Source: Eledone cirrhosa (Eukaryota). Taken from it: a stretch of DNA of 64,000 nucleotides. Location: assembly GCA_964016885.1 (NCBI GenBank), contig OZ024756.1, positions 41,664,001 to 41,728,000 of the forward strand, in the 5' to 3' direction. Below are positions 47,190-61,116 of this stretch, one piece after another (the stretch's first letter is position 1; each line of letters begins with the position of its first letter). The notes under the pieces are model-generated. The model searched no databases, was not told the DNA's origin, and saw nothing but the letters and a program-made list of their open reading frames with translations. Made by a program: the position numbers and the translations under genes.

Positions 47190-47864
47190 AGGCACACACA
47201 CACAGGTATATATAGAGTCCCATCTCTTCAATCAACCTCTGGAAATCACTACAGTTTCGGTATTTTTAGGCTGATACTCATCATTCCAGAGCACATTTAG
47301 GACGTAACGAATCAAGTAGAGACAAAGACGTAACAAGTTATGCCTTTAAGTGAATTACATATTTACAGACAATAAATGTAGGTAGAGGCACTTGTTTGAA
47401 AAATATATTGCAGTCGCCATCTCATGCTGCAAAAGTAGCCCTGCGACCTGTCCCGAGAGGCGTGGAATGGATACACAAAGTTTGCGTATCCCGAGACCCC
47501 AAAGAGGGTCCGGAAAGGAGCAAACCTTAACAGTTGGAACATGGAAAAACAAAACAGTATCTCAAGTGCAGCAACTGAGAAAGAGGTGAAAGAATGGTGC
47601 ATGGGGGCTTAGCCAAAGGACAAAAGTAGTAAAACAGAAGAGACTAAGGACTGTAGTCCACCATTGAGAGAAAGGAGGAGGAGATTGAGGTGTAGAGAAA
47701 GTAAGAGGGAGAATAGAGGCAGACAGACCAGGTGGTGTGATGTTTATTATATGATAGCTTTAAATAAATGCCCGGATGGCTTAGTCTTACAAATAATGTA
47801 TATGTATATGTATATATATGTGTGTGTGTTTGTGTGTATATGTATATATATGCATGTGTGTGTT

Positions 47865-47897
<33 letters not shown>

Positions 47898-48614
47898 GTG
47901 TCTGTGTGTGTCTGTGTGCATACGACAATTGCTCAATACGTGTGATGGTCGAATACACTTGTGATGGTTGTTGTTGTGGATGCTGTTGTGCTGGTTGTTG
48001 TGGTTGTGGTTGTTGTTGTTGTTATATATATATCATAAGCGGGCGGAGGAATATTTAACAAAAGCACGAACCAAGGCAAACATAAAACATACAAATAAAT
48101 AAATAAATAAATAAATATATAAAGACGAAAATCAATAAAATTAATCGTTAAATAATGTGACTTACATAAGTAGGGGGCGCCAGGCTGGTTAGAAATGTTG
48201 CCTCATTCAGCAGTAGACTCCATTTGTTATACAAACGTGGTCTGTACGGTTGATTTATGTTGACATTACCAGATCTCTCAATGGCCGACACACGATAGAG
48301 ATTTGGATAAACGCAGACGATACACTATTACAAGTTTGATATTAGCTTTATATTAGCTTTATATTAGCTTTATATTGGTGTTGTTGTGTGTTTTTGTTTT
48401 TAGTATTAGTATTTTTGTTGTATTTTTTGTCACTTTAACCAGGAAACAAAGAGAGGAAGGGGGGAGAGGGGAGGTAGAGGTTGAGAGAGATGGAGAAGAC
48501 CTGGAGAGAGAGGGTGATATAGAGGAGAGAGATAGAGGGGAGAGAGAGATGAAGGGGAGTAGGAAAGAGACGGTAATAGAGAGTTGGAGATAGAGGAGAG
48601 AGATAGATAGAGGG

Positions 48615-48654
<40 letters not shown>

Positions 48655-48864
48655 GAGAGGAGTAGGAAAGAGAGGAGTATGAGAGAGAGTGGTGGAGAGG
48701 GGAGGTGAGAGGAGAGAGATAGAGGGGACAGAGAGAGAGAGATGTAGAGGAGTAGGAGAAAAAAGCGATGGACAGGGGGAGGGAGAGAGAGATGAAGAGG
48801 GTGAATCAGAGAGAGAAAGAGTATGAGCGGGGGGGGGCAATGTGTATGTGTGTACGTATGTTTC

Positions 48865-49189
48865 TGTGTGTGTGAGCAGGGGAAGTGTGTGTTTGCATGT
48901 GTGTGTGAGCAGGGGAAGTGTGTGTGTATATGTGTGTGTGTGAGCAGGGGAAGTGTGTGTATGTGTGTGTGTGTGAGCAGGGAAAGTGTGTGTATGTGTG
49001 CGTGTGTGAGCAGGGAAAGTGTGTGTATGTGTGTGTGTGAGCAGGGAAAGTGTGTGTATGTGTGTGTGTGTGTGTGTGTGAGCAGGGAAAGTGTGTGTAT
49101 GTGTGTGTGTGTGTGAGCAGGGAAAGTGTGTGTATGTGTGTGTGTGAGCGGGGGAAGTGTGTGTATGTGTGTGTGTGTGTGAGCGGGGG

Positions 49190-49224
<35 letters not shown>

Positions 49225-49663
49225 CAGGGAAGTGTGTGTATGTGTGTGTGTGTGAGCGGGGGAAGTGTGTGTATGTGTGTGTGTGTGTGAGCAGGGAAAG
49301 TGTGTGTATGTGTGTGTGTGTGAGCGGGGGAAGTGTGTGTATGTGTGTGTGTGTGAGCGGGGGAAGTGTGTGTATGTGTGTGTGTGTGTGTGTGAGCAGG
49401 GGAAGTGTGTGTATGTGTGTGTGTGTGTGTGAGCGGGGGAAGTGTGTGTATGTGTGTGTGTGTGTGTGAGCAGGGAAAGTGTGTGTATGTGTGTGTGTGT
49501 GTGTGTGTGAGCGGGGGAAGTGTGTGTGTGTGTGTGTGTGAGAGCGGGGGAAGTGTGTGTGTGTGTGTGTGTGTGTGAGTGGGGGAAGTGTGTGTGTGTG
49601 TGTGTGTGTGTGTGAGCAGGGAAAGTGTGTGTATGTGTGTGTGTGTGTGTGTGAGCGGGGGAA

Positions 49664-49696
<33 letters not shown>

Positions 49697-49826
49697 GGGG
49701 AAGTGTGTGTGTGTGTGTGTGTGTGTGAGAGCAGGGGAAGTGTGTGTATGTGTGTGTGTGTGTGTGAGCAGGGGAAGTGTGTGTATGTGTGTGTGTGTGA
49801 GCAGGGGAAGTGTGTGTGTGTGTGTG
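48865..49826. repeat. Compound repeat: GAGC(A/G)GGG(G/A)AA motif separated by variable (GT)n
   Basis: ~28 motif copies. Confidence 0.9.
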
Positions 49827-50729
49827 AGACAGAAGTATCTATCACTAAACCCTGACGCTGTTGTTAGCCGTTCGTTAGTTAATTCTGGTAACAGTAATTT
49901 TCAACAGCAGCAGCAGCTGCCGCTGCTGCTGCTACTGCTGGTGGTGGTGGTGGTGTCGTTCACTACCAACAGCAGCAGCAACGGCAGCAGCAGGAGGAGG
50001 AGATATAACAACAACAGCAGCAGCAGCAATAGACGGTGGCGGCGGTTGTGGTTTTGGGTTAATGAAAAGAAGCGTGCCTACATATATACACACACACAGG
50101 CTATATATATATATATTTATATATGTGTATATAAATATACACATATGAAGCGTGCCTACATATATACACACACACAAACTATATATATATATATTTATAT
50201 ATGTGTATGTAAAATATATATATTTATATATGCGTATGTAAACAGAAATAACAACACAATCGGTAGAGTACATGGAAGGGATATATTAGGTTAACGCTTG
50301 ATATGGCAGGAAGAGGGTCTTAACGTTTCGGACCCGGGCGGGTTGGAATTGGAAAAAATGTTTTTAGATAAAAATAACAGGTCCATTCATGTTGACATCT
50401 CTTATATATATATATGCATGGTGCCGTAACTCCTGATGGAGCCGTGGGGTTGTTTCTGAGTTATTTAAAGCCGGGCGGAACCCATTCCTCTCCAGGTTTG
50501 TATAAAGTAGAGCAGGATAGAAAGTAAGGAAAGGGAAGTGAGAAAGAGATATAGAGGAAGAATAGGCCCCAGTACTTGACTGGTACTTTCTTTTTTGTCG
50601 ACCTCTAATGGATAAAAGGCAGAGTTGACCTCGGCAATATTTGAGCTGAGGGAGCTGAAAGCCAGGACGGATATTACAAAGCATCGTCGCCGACATTCTA
50701 ACAATTCTATCAATTCGTTGCAATACTAG

Positions 50730-51280
50730 AGAACACGTGTTTCACCTTAGTTGCATTTTCCCCACGTGTATGGTTACAGTGAGAACGGAAGTATTTTCAA
50801 GCTGAATAGATTCTGCGCAGAAGTTGTCAGTTTTCTTTTCTGTAACAGGAGAGGTAACCCTAGTTAGATTGTTGTGGGGGAGATAACCTTTGAAGAACGA
50901 TCCCTTGTAATAGTTTAGCCCGGAATAACGACAATCCACTGGTATCCTGGGTTCTTCTAGTTACGTAACAAACATTTCTAAGCGTGAGGGAAGTGGCTGA
51001 TAAATCGGCTCTCATATTAAGGCAAGCATTGTTGCCTAACCTCTGAAAGATATTTGCACAATATGCAGGTCTTAGATCCATTTACATATGGTCCCAAATG
51101 TTCGAGCATATATCAATTGATGGAGAATTTCACACCGGCCTCCATGAGTGACCATATGTGGCTTGCTAGTTTCGTGGTCGATCGCTTGTCTGGGTGTCTA
51201 ATGGTCATCTCGTGGTTAAGGAAGCGTTCTTTAAACCAGCTATTCCGACATATCGAAATGTGTCCTGAGCTCTTGCGGTT
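50730..51280 (-). mobile_element. Decayed Penelope-like element: GIY-YIG endonuclease C-terminus and terminal remnant
   Basis: Minus strand reads RYVGI/FKERFLNH...STTKLASHIWSL...IN*..LEH..PYVNGSKTCILC, typical of PLE GIY-YIG ends. GAAA-CACGTG-TT hammerhead-like remnant near 50735-50745. Confidence 0.65.
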
Positions 51281-52034
51281 GGTTCAACCAGGTGGATCGA
51301 ACTTCCGCTTCGTAGACCCACAGTCGTCAACGACGCCGAGGTTACATCCACACAAGAGAGAGAGAGGGAGAGGCGGAGAGGGGGAGTGAGAAAGAGAGAT
51401 GAGAAGGCGAAGAGAGAGAGATGAGAGGGGGTGAGAGAGAGTAGACGCTAACAACCAACATAACTGGATCATAACTTCTATTAAGAACTTATCTTTAGAT
51501 AAATAGAAACACTTTGAAATAACCGTTCTCTGATCCTAAGAAGAAGCGATGCGTTCAGCCGGTTCCACATGAAAAGGGTTAAATATATCAGCCAGAAAAC
51601 ACACATAGATTCAGTTTTATAAATGGAGACCAGCTAAGATGAACCCGGCTCATTATATATATTAACAGTAATACGATACGTTAGTAGTAACTGAAATATT
51701 GGATATTCTTTATTGGCATGTAGCCAGATATTAGTTTGATATGCATGTAAGTTTAAGAGTGGAGGTGTGGAGATGTGGAGTGTGGAGTGGGGATGTGGAG
51801 TGTTGAGTGGATTGTGGAGTGGAGTGGAGTGTGGAGTGGTGTGTGGAGTGGAGTGTGAAGGTGGGAAGGTGCGGAGTCTGGGACATGTGTCTAGACGAAT
51901 AAACCACTACAACTTATATTTATGTTTTATCCACTCCCTTCTCAACTCCCAGACCCCCCCCCCCCAGAAGGCTGCCAGCCAGGACAACACTCCTGTCTTA
52001 GTGAGATATGAATTCCAAGTGAGATGTTAAAAAT

Positions 52035-52419
52035 ATGATGATGATGATGATGACGAAGAGAAGAGGAAGGAGGATGATGGTGATGTGATGGTGATGGTGA
52101 TGTAATGATGATGGTGATGGTGATGTGATGATGATGGTGATGTGATGATGATGGTGATGTGATGGTGATGGTGATGTAATGATGATGGTGATGGTGATGT
52201 AATGACGATGGTGATGGTGATGTGATGATGATGGTGATGTGATGATGATGGTGATGGTGATGGTGATGGTGATGTAATGATGATGGTGATGGTGATGTGA
52301 TGACGATGGTGATGGTGATGTAATGATGATGGTGATGGTGATGTAATGACGATGGTGATGGTGATGTAATGATGAGGGTGATGGTGATGATGATGATGGT
52401 GATGATCTAATGACGATGG

Positions 52420-52472
<53 letters not shown>

Positions 52473-52545
52473 GTGATATAATGATGAGGATGATGGTGAC
52501 GGTGGCGGTGGTGGTGGTGATGATGAGGATTGTGATGATAATGAT
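52035..52545. repeat. (GAT/GGT) low-complexity tract
   Basis: GATGGTGATGT/AA units. Confidence 0.9.
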
Positions 52546-52654
52546 GATTAGGCTGAGGAGGAGGAAGAGGAGAAGAAGAAGAAGGAGGAATCGGAAGATG
52601 TAGGTGTGTAGAGGCAGCGTTGCTGTGTTAGGAATACCACTTTCCTCTTATATA

Positions 52655-52811
<157 letters not shown>

Positions 52812-52916
52812 ATTAACCCTGAGAACATATTCAATCAACTGCTTATGTCATGGATAAAACATAAAACCTGACAACACAACAGATAAACCATGACATACAC
52901 ACGTACGTACACACAA

Positions 52917-52963
<47 letters not shown>

Positions 52964-53026
52964 TACATAATATATGCTCCTGGGTGTGTTGTTAGTCCTC
53001 CAAGGAACTGGAATCATATGAGCTAG

Positions 53027-53085
<59 letters not shown>

Positions 53086-53122
53086 GTATATATATATGTA
53101 TATATATATGTATATATATATG

Positions 53123-53158
<36 letters not shown>

Positions 53159-53159
53159 C

Positions 53160-53203
<44 letters not shown>

Positions 53204-53240
53204 GTATATATATATATATATGTATATATATATGTATATA

Positions 53241-53582
<342 letters not shown>

Positions 53583-53664
53583 ATATATATATATCTATCC
53601 AGCGAATGTTCAACCGTCAAGGTTGTTTTCTACGGTTATGTCACTATTTATAAAACAAATTTTG

Positions 53665-53729
53665 TATTTTATCTGATGAAAGCGCACCAAGTTTGCCTTG
53701 GTTGCCCTTGAAATATATATAATAAAATA
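53665..53729 (+). ncRNA. Minimal type I hammerhead ribozyme motif, family 1
   Basis: TATTTTAT-CTGATGA-aag..caccaa..ttggtt..ctt-GAAA-TATATA-TA-ATAAAATA (perfect 8-bp stem I). Confidence 0.75.
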
Positions 53730-53843
53730 ATTATGGTTTTATAAATATAGTTTCCATTTATTAATATATTGTATATATATATATATATATAAACTAGAAG
53801 TGTTAAAAAACAGGTTAAAATTAACTTCGTTTATTCATATTTA

Positions 53844-53900
53844 CTGTTATAGATATTTCACTGATAACCATTATGCAACAGCTATGAGCTCATCAGACAG
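53844..53900 (-). ncRNA. Minimal hammerhead motif, family 2-related
   Basis: CTGT-CTGATGA-gct...agt-GAAA-TATCTA-TA-ACAG on minus strand. Confidence 0.6.
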
Positions 53901-54014
53901 CTAGAACTTGAACAGAAAAAACAAAAATACGTAGCGATGGAATAAAGCTTACTTCTGTTATTTCGAATTTTTTTTATATGCTCAGTGCTGGTCTTGTTAT
54001 TTCAAAGCGCTGGT

Positions 54015-54115
<101 letters not shown>

Positions 54116-54396
54116 TGGGTAATTAGAGGGGAACAACTTGCTATGGTAATTTTATGTTTTATACTGTTTACAGGGGAAATAACCGTGTAGAGATTGTTGT
54201 CTAAGGTTATATTGAGTTATCTTTCTTGTCTCAAATCTGTTGTATGGTTGACCCGCCGAGTGGTAGTGGCACGGCAGCGACATACGGCGTCTCTTCAGCG
54301 CTATAAACCTGACTGACCTCATCTCTTTTCTGGGTTTGAGCACAGTTGATTTCTACCGGAGAATGATAGAGATAGAGAGATAGGGATAGAGGGAGG

Positions 54397-54443
<47 letters not shown>

Positions 54444-54542
54444 TATGTGTGTGTGTGTGTATGTATGTGTGTGTGTGAGAGAAGGACGGTGTATGTGTGT
54501 GTGAGAGAGAGACGGTGTATGTGTGTATGTATGTGTGTATGT

Positions 54543-54575
<33 letters not shown>

Positions 54576-54591
54576 TTTATGTGTGTATGTC

Positions 54592-54636
<45 letters not shown>

Positions 54637-54694
54637 CTGTACGTGTGTATGTGAGATAGAGAGAGAGAGACTCTACGTGTGTATGTGTATGTAT

Positions 54695-54748
<54 letters not shown>

Positions 54749-54800
54749 ATGTGTGTATGTCTGTGAGAGAGAGAGAGAGACAGAGAGAGAGAGACTGTAC

Positions 54801-54850
<50 letters not shown>

Positions 54851-55992
54851 ATGTGTGTATGTCTGTGAGAGAGAGAGAGAGACAGAGAGAGAGAGACTGT
54901 ACGTGTGTATGTGAGAGAGAGAGACAGTGTACGTGTGTATGTGTGTATGTATATGTGTGTGTTTGAGAGAGAGGGAGAGTTTATTGGTGTATGTCTGTGT
55001 GAGAGAGAGAGAGACTGTACGTGTGTATGTGTGAATGTGTGTATGTCTATATGTGTGTGTGAGAGAGAGAAAGGCATTGAAAGAAAGTGGATGAATGAGA
55101 AGGAAATATAGAGAAAGAATGGACCCCAGTAGTAGACTGGTATTTTGTCGGGTGGCCACAAAAGGATGACACGGAAAGTTGACCCCCGACAGAGAACCAG
55201 AACAAATACCACAAGGTATTTCTATCTGACGTTTCAAGAGATATGGTATGAAAATATCAATTAACCCCCACACCACCTCTGTAGAATCAAAGGAAACAAC
55301 TTGCCAAAGAATACAATTTTGCAAGGGAAGTAACCTTGTAGAGAATGTTGACAGTTACATAGAGTTCTCTTTCTTGGAATTGAATCATTATGTAAGCTTC
55401 ATTTCTGCTTCTTGAGGAATGGTGATTAATAATGTAGATGTATATATGTATATATATATACATATGTGTGTTTGTGTGTATATATATTTATTTATATATG
55501 TATGTATATATATATATATGTAGAAATAAACACAGTAAATTGTGTGTCTAAAATTACGAGGGTTGAAATACCACATTGGTTTGACAAATTTAACCCGAAG
55601 CAAACGTAAGATATAGAATATATACACAGACCGTCTCAATAACTATTTCATGTCTCGGACAGATTAGAGATTTAATCTGTTTCGCCCTGAAAATTGTGTT
55701 TGTAACAGATAATACGTAGGGTTTCCTCAGCGAGAGATAAGATCAAATGGAACAAACACATACAACTAAAAGCCACACGAATGAATATCTCACCTCGTGC
55801 GTTGGACGTTAGAAGTGGTGTGAGTGGATATGCTAAAAATAATAGCCTTAATACACCCAACTTATAAGCTCACCTAGTTAGAGAGCCGAAATACAAATAA
55901 AATACAGAGTTAATAGCTCATATTGATACCCTGATAATTGCAGGGTATCAATATGAGTTAGTAACTCTGTATTTTATTTGTATATATATTTG

Positions 55993-56023
<31 letters not shown>

Positions 56024-56129
56024 GTAGAGACAGAGGTAGAACACTGGAAGGTAATATCCGTAGTGGTGGAGCACTCAGTCCATGGGACGAGTTTGGTATT
56101 GTTATGGTGAACTAACTGTTGTCTTACTA

Positions 56130-56188
<59 letters not shown>

Positions 56189-56216
56189 ATTATTATTATT
56201 ATTAATTTATTATTAT

Positions 56217-56263
<47 letters not shown>

Positions 56264-56460
56264 GCATATATATATGTATATATGTATGTATGTATGTATG
56301 TATATGTATATATATATATATATGTATGTATGTATGTATGTGTATATGTATGTGTATATGTATGTATATATATATGTATATGAAAATATATATATGTATG
56401 TATGTATGTGTATATGTATGTGTATATGTATGTATGTATCTATATATATGTATATATATA

Positions 56461-56516
<56 letters not shown>

Positions 56517-56783
56517 AAATTAAGATAAATCAAAATGATTTGAACTTGAAGTGTAAACATAGATCGCTGGACTTCTTCCTTGTTGAAAATCCAAGTATTG
56601 GCATCCGTGGTTTACCATTCGATTAATTGGTGAAATATATTTCTTTAATGGAAAATATACAGGGAAGATTAATCATATAAGGTATCTATTTTTGAAGTTC
56701 TGGTCAACTTTATTTAGTTACCTACCTAGCTATGTGTGCTGTGATTATTCATGTTTATTTATATGTTAATCACTTTCTGGTTG

Positions 56784-56832
<49 letters not shown>

Positions 56833-56976
56833 TGTGAAAGGCGAAGTATACTAAGCTACTTCCTCAAATATCTGATATTTAGAATTTGAGAATATTAGAT
56901 AATATAAACCTAAAGGTCATATTTAATATTCACGTTAAAAATACAGATATATGTACACTGTCTCTCTCTCTCTCTG

Positions 56977-57039
<63 letters not shown>

Positions 57040-57155
57040 GATATATACACACACATACATGCACATATGCACACATATATACATATACACGCATATGCAC
57101 ATATACACACATATATAATGTATGTGCTTTTATATGTTTATGTATATTATATGAG

Positions 57156-57215
<60 letters not shown>

Positions 57216-57554
57216 AAGAGAGAGAGGGCGTATGTGTGTATTCTAACTTTTGCACAAAACCAGCAACATTTAAGGAGTGGCCGGGGGGAAATATTGGTTT
57301 TATAAACTCCTGATTGGAACTTTATTTATCGACCCGGAAGGATAAAAGACAAAGTTGACCTCAACAGGATTTGAACTTAAGAATGAAACGTAAAAAAACG
57401 GACCAAATACTGCTCAGACATTCGTTGGACGCTCCACTGACTCAACCAATCGGCAACCTTTACCTTATATAGATATATTACTCAACCAATCAGTAACCAT
57501 TACCTCATGTAGATATATTACAATCAGTAACTTGAATCTTCAGGACAAAAAATG

Positions 57555-57800
57555 AAGGCGCATGGCTTAGTGGTTAAAGCATTGGGCTTGCAATCAAAAG
57601 GTTGTGAGTTCAATTCTCGGACCGGGTGATTTGTTTTTTCCTTGAGCAAGACACTTTATTTCACATTGCTCCAGTTTACTCAGCTGTAGAAATGAGATGA
57701 TAGGGACTGGGGTCCCGTCATTAAATCACCCAAGACACCTCCAACGAGATATACCTTGGAGGAGGCCAGCTAAACCTGCATAGGTGTGAGCTGTCACACA
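57555..57800 (+). mobile_element. tRNA-derived CORE-type SINE (tail type 1)
   Basis: Near-identical to 15561-15810. Confidence 0.8.
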
Positions 57801-58052
57801 TATAGATATATTACTCAGCCAATCGGCAACCTTTATCTCATATAGATATATTACTCAGCCAATCGGCAACCTTTATCTCATATAGATATATTACTCAGCC
57901 AATCGGCAACCTTTATCTCATATAGATATATTACTCAGCCAATCGGCAACCTTTATCTCATATAGATATATTACTCAGCCAATCGACAACCTTTATCTCA
58001 TATAGATATATTACTCAGCCAATCGGCAACCTTTATCTCATATAGATATATT
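57800..58052. repeat. 40-bp tandem repeat x6
   Basis: ATATAGATATATTACTCAGCCAATCGGCAACCTTTATCTC. Confidence 0.95.
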
Positions 58053-58488
58053 AGAAGCAGTAACTTGAATCTTCAGGACAAAAAATGAGGTAAAATACGA
58101 AATATAAGAGGAAAATTGACAAAATCTCTCGTCTTTAACAATTAACTGGCAAATAGCTTTATATGGCATTTTATAAGTTTGGGTCGCATTTATTTATTTA
58201 TTTATTTATTTATGTATTTATTTGTTTATATGTTTATTTATTTATTTGCCATCCTCATCATCACCATCATCATCTTCATCATCATCATCATTGTCACCAT
58301 CATCATCATCATCATCACCATCATCACCATCATCACCATCACCATTACCACCATCATCACCTTCACCACCACCACCACCACCATCACGTCCCTTTACGTT
58401 CTGAGTTCAAATTCCACCGAGGTTAATTTTGCCGGAGTTTTCCCCCCTATTGGGGAATTTTTTCATTGTTTGAATTTTTATTTTTATT

Positions 58489-58525
<37 letters not shown>

Positions 58526-58799
58526 TCTATGTCTTTTTTTCTTTTTCGTTTCTTATATAAATAATAAAAATCTTTACACGCACAAAACCCACATCGTACC
58601 GTCCTGTGCCGTCTGTGTAATGTTTTTCTTGGTGTCAGCCCTTGTGGCCAATAAAGAAATCATCATTATTACTATTATTTGACATCGTTTGTATCCTAAA
58701 ATCCTAATATTATTATTATTATTATTATTATTATAATGCCCATTTGTACCGTCCTGTATTGTCCTGTACTGTCCTTAATGTCTACTTTAATAAAGAAAG

Positions 58800-58842
<43 letters not shown>

Positions 58843-59214
58843 GTTGTTGTTGTTGTTGTTGTGTAATTTTCACAATGATTTCGTAAGTGGTGCTACCGGT
58901 TTTGTTAGCTGATCACCAAGTCATTATCCTCTCAGCCCATTCAAATATTCTTTCACATTATCTGACAATTGTAAGCTGTGACCCAATCACTTATAATGTG
59001 TCTGTTCTGTAGTATTGCAAGATTTATTGTTAATCTGATGGTAGCCGTGCTGTGATATTTACATAGACTGTGACTAAGGATCCTATTACTACACAACTTA
59101 CCACCTCTCCTCACTTCCACCATATCTAGTTTTAGATCAACATTTTGGCATTTATCTATCTTCCCGTTGTCGTTTTCAGATTCCTTCACATTGCTGTTGA
59201 ATGGACTGGCTAGG

Positions 59215-59695
59215 CAGAAGGCCAACACATTTGGGGAGAGAGGAAGGAAGAGTCAATTAAATCAACCCCAGTGCATTACTGGTACTGTATATTACCAACT
59301 CCCGTAAGGATGAAAGGCAAAGCTAACCTCAGCGCGGGATTTGAAGCCTTTACGTTCTGAGTTCAAATCCCAGCGAGGTTAACTTTGCCTTTCACCCTTA
59401 CGGAGTCGATAAAATAAAGTACCAGTAATACACTGGGTAATTGCTGGCCTTGTGCCAAAAGTCGAAACAATTATCATTACTACTAGGATTGGCAGCATCG
59501 GTAGAGTGTGAGACACTATGCTTTGCAGCATACAGTCACGGCCCTTTACGTTCTGAGTTCAAATCCTGCTGAGGTTAGCTTTGCCTTTCATCCTTATAGG
59601 GCTCGATAAAATAAAGCACCAGTAATGCCCTGGGGTCGATTTAATCGACTTTCCCCTCTCCCCAAATTGCTGGTCTTGTGCCTATATTAGAAACC
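59215..59695. mobile_element. Cluster of three Nin/Deu-like SINE copies (one -, two +)
   Basis: Repeated central domain; the first two copies are in inverted orientation. Confidence 0.75.
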
Positions 59696-60375
59696 TTTAT
59701 TGTTATTATTATCAGTAGAATCAGTCGTATCTTTCTCTAGTACAACTATATCTAGTTTGAGATGTTCTAGATTTCCATGTTTGATAAGACTTGGTTAGGT
59801 TTGATGACATTAACTCTTCTATCTTCACATCACTTCTCATTTCTCTACCACTGAAACAGAAGATTCCGCTTTAGGGGGAGGTAAGAAGGAATTGTTTGCT
59901 TAAACTTTTAATCTGGGCTAATAACATATATATATATATATGTAAGTATGTATGTATACGTACATACATATATGTATACAGACGTACAGTAGCATGCATA
60001 TATATATATATATATATATACATATATACATACAGGTACACATACATATATGTACGCATCAGTTTAGCGGACGCTTATTATAACGCCCCCTTTGTTCGTT
60101 TGTAAACAAACTGAACAGCCTGAATTTATGCCGCACGGTGTTAAGGCAACCACGTCACCTTTTTGTTCAACACTGACACAGGAACGATGTACTAGTTTCA
60201 AGCTTGTTAGCTATCATCAGCACCGTATACCCATCTACCAGATAGTTGAACGTTCGAAAGTATATACTTTCCTTATGAAAATTAACGGCTGGGCAGCCTA
60301 ATTTGCATATCGAGTGAGTTAAGTAAGTGCCGTACTAAGAGTGAGAAATGAAATTTCGTTTTCATTTTATTACAA

Positions 60376-60444
<69 letters not shown>

Positions 60445-60661
60445 ATGTATGACCCCGACGGCAGAGCTCAAGCCGTTTCGATGGCTATATATATATATAT
60501 ATAGTAAAGAAAGTGTGGTAAGAAACCAGGTGGACCATAACGCACCAGAGTAATCGATACTTTGGGTAGTAGAGTGGGTAATAGGAAAAGAGTCAGGACC
60601 CCAACGGCTGAGCTCCGGCCGTTTCGACAGCTAGATCCGAGGTCGGGGTCCTGACACTTTT

Positions 60662-60735
<74 letters not shown>

Positions 60736-60829
60736 GTTTAAAAACCACTGATGATTGCATAAATACGAAAAAGAAAGATAAAAGCAAAATTACGTAATGA
60801 GAAATAGAAGGGGAGGAAGTAAATAAGTA

Positions 60830-61045
60830 CAGATCTGGGGGTATGGGGAAGTAGGGTGGAAGGGGGTGAAGTGAGACAGATCTGGGGGTATGGGGAAGTA
60901 GGGTGGAAGGGGGTGAAGTGAGGCAGATCTGGGGGGTATGGGGAAGTAGGGTGGAAGGGGGTGAAGAGAGGCAGATCTGGGGGTATGGGGAAGTAGGGTG
61001 GAAGGGGGTGAAGAGAGGCAGATCTGGGGGTATGAGGAAGTAGAG
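60830..61045. repeat. ~47-bp G-rich tandem repeat x4-5
   Basis: CAGATCTGGGGGTATGGGGAAGTAGGGTGGAAGGGGGTGAAG. Confidence 0.9.
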
Positions 61046-61116
61046 GAAAGGACTATAAATGTCATAAATGTTAGAAAAGGGAAGGATTCTAAAGCCACAG
61101 AAAAAAATGGGGAAGG

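Noticed and set aside
48616-49845. 409-aa His/Thr ORF
   Set aside because: Translation of the (CA)n-based compound repeat.
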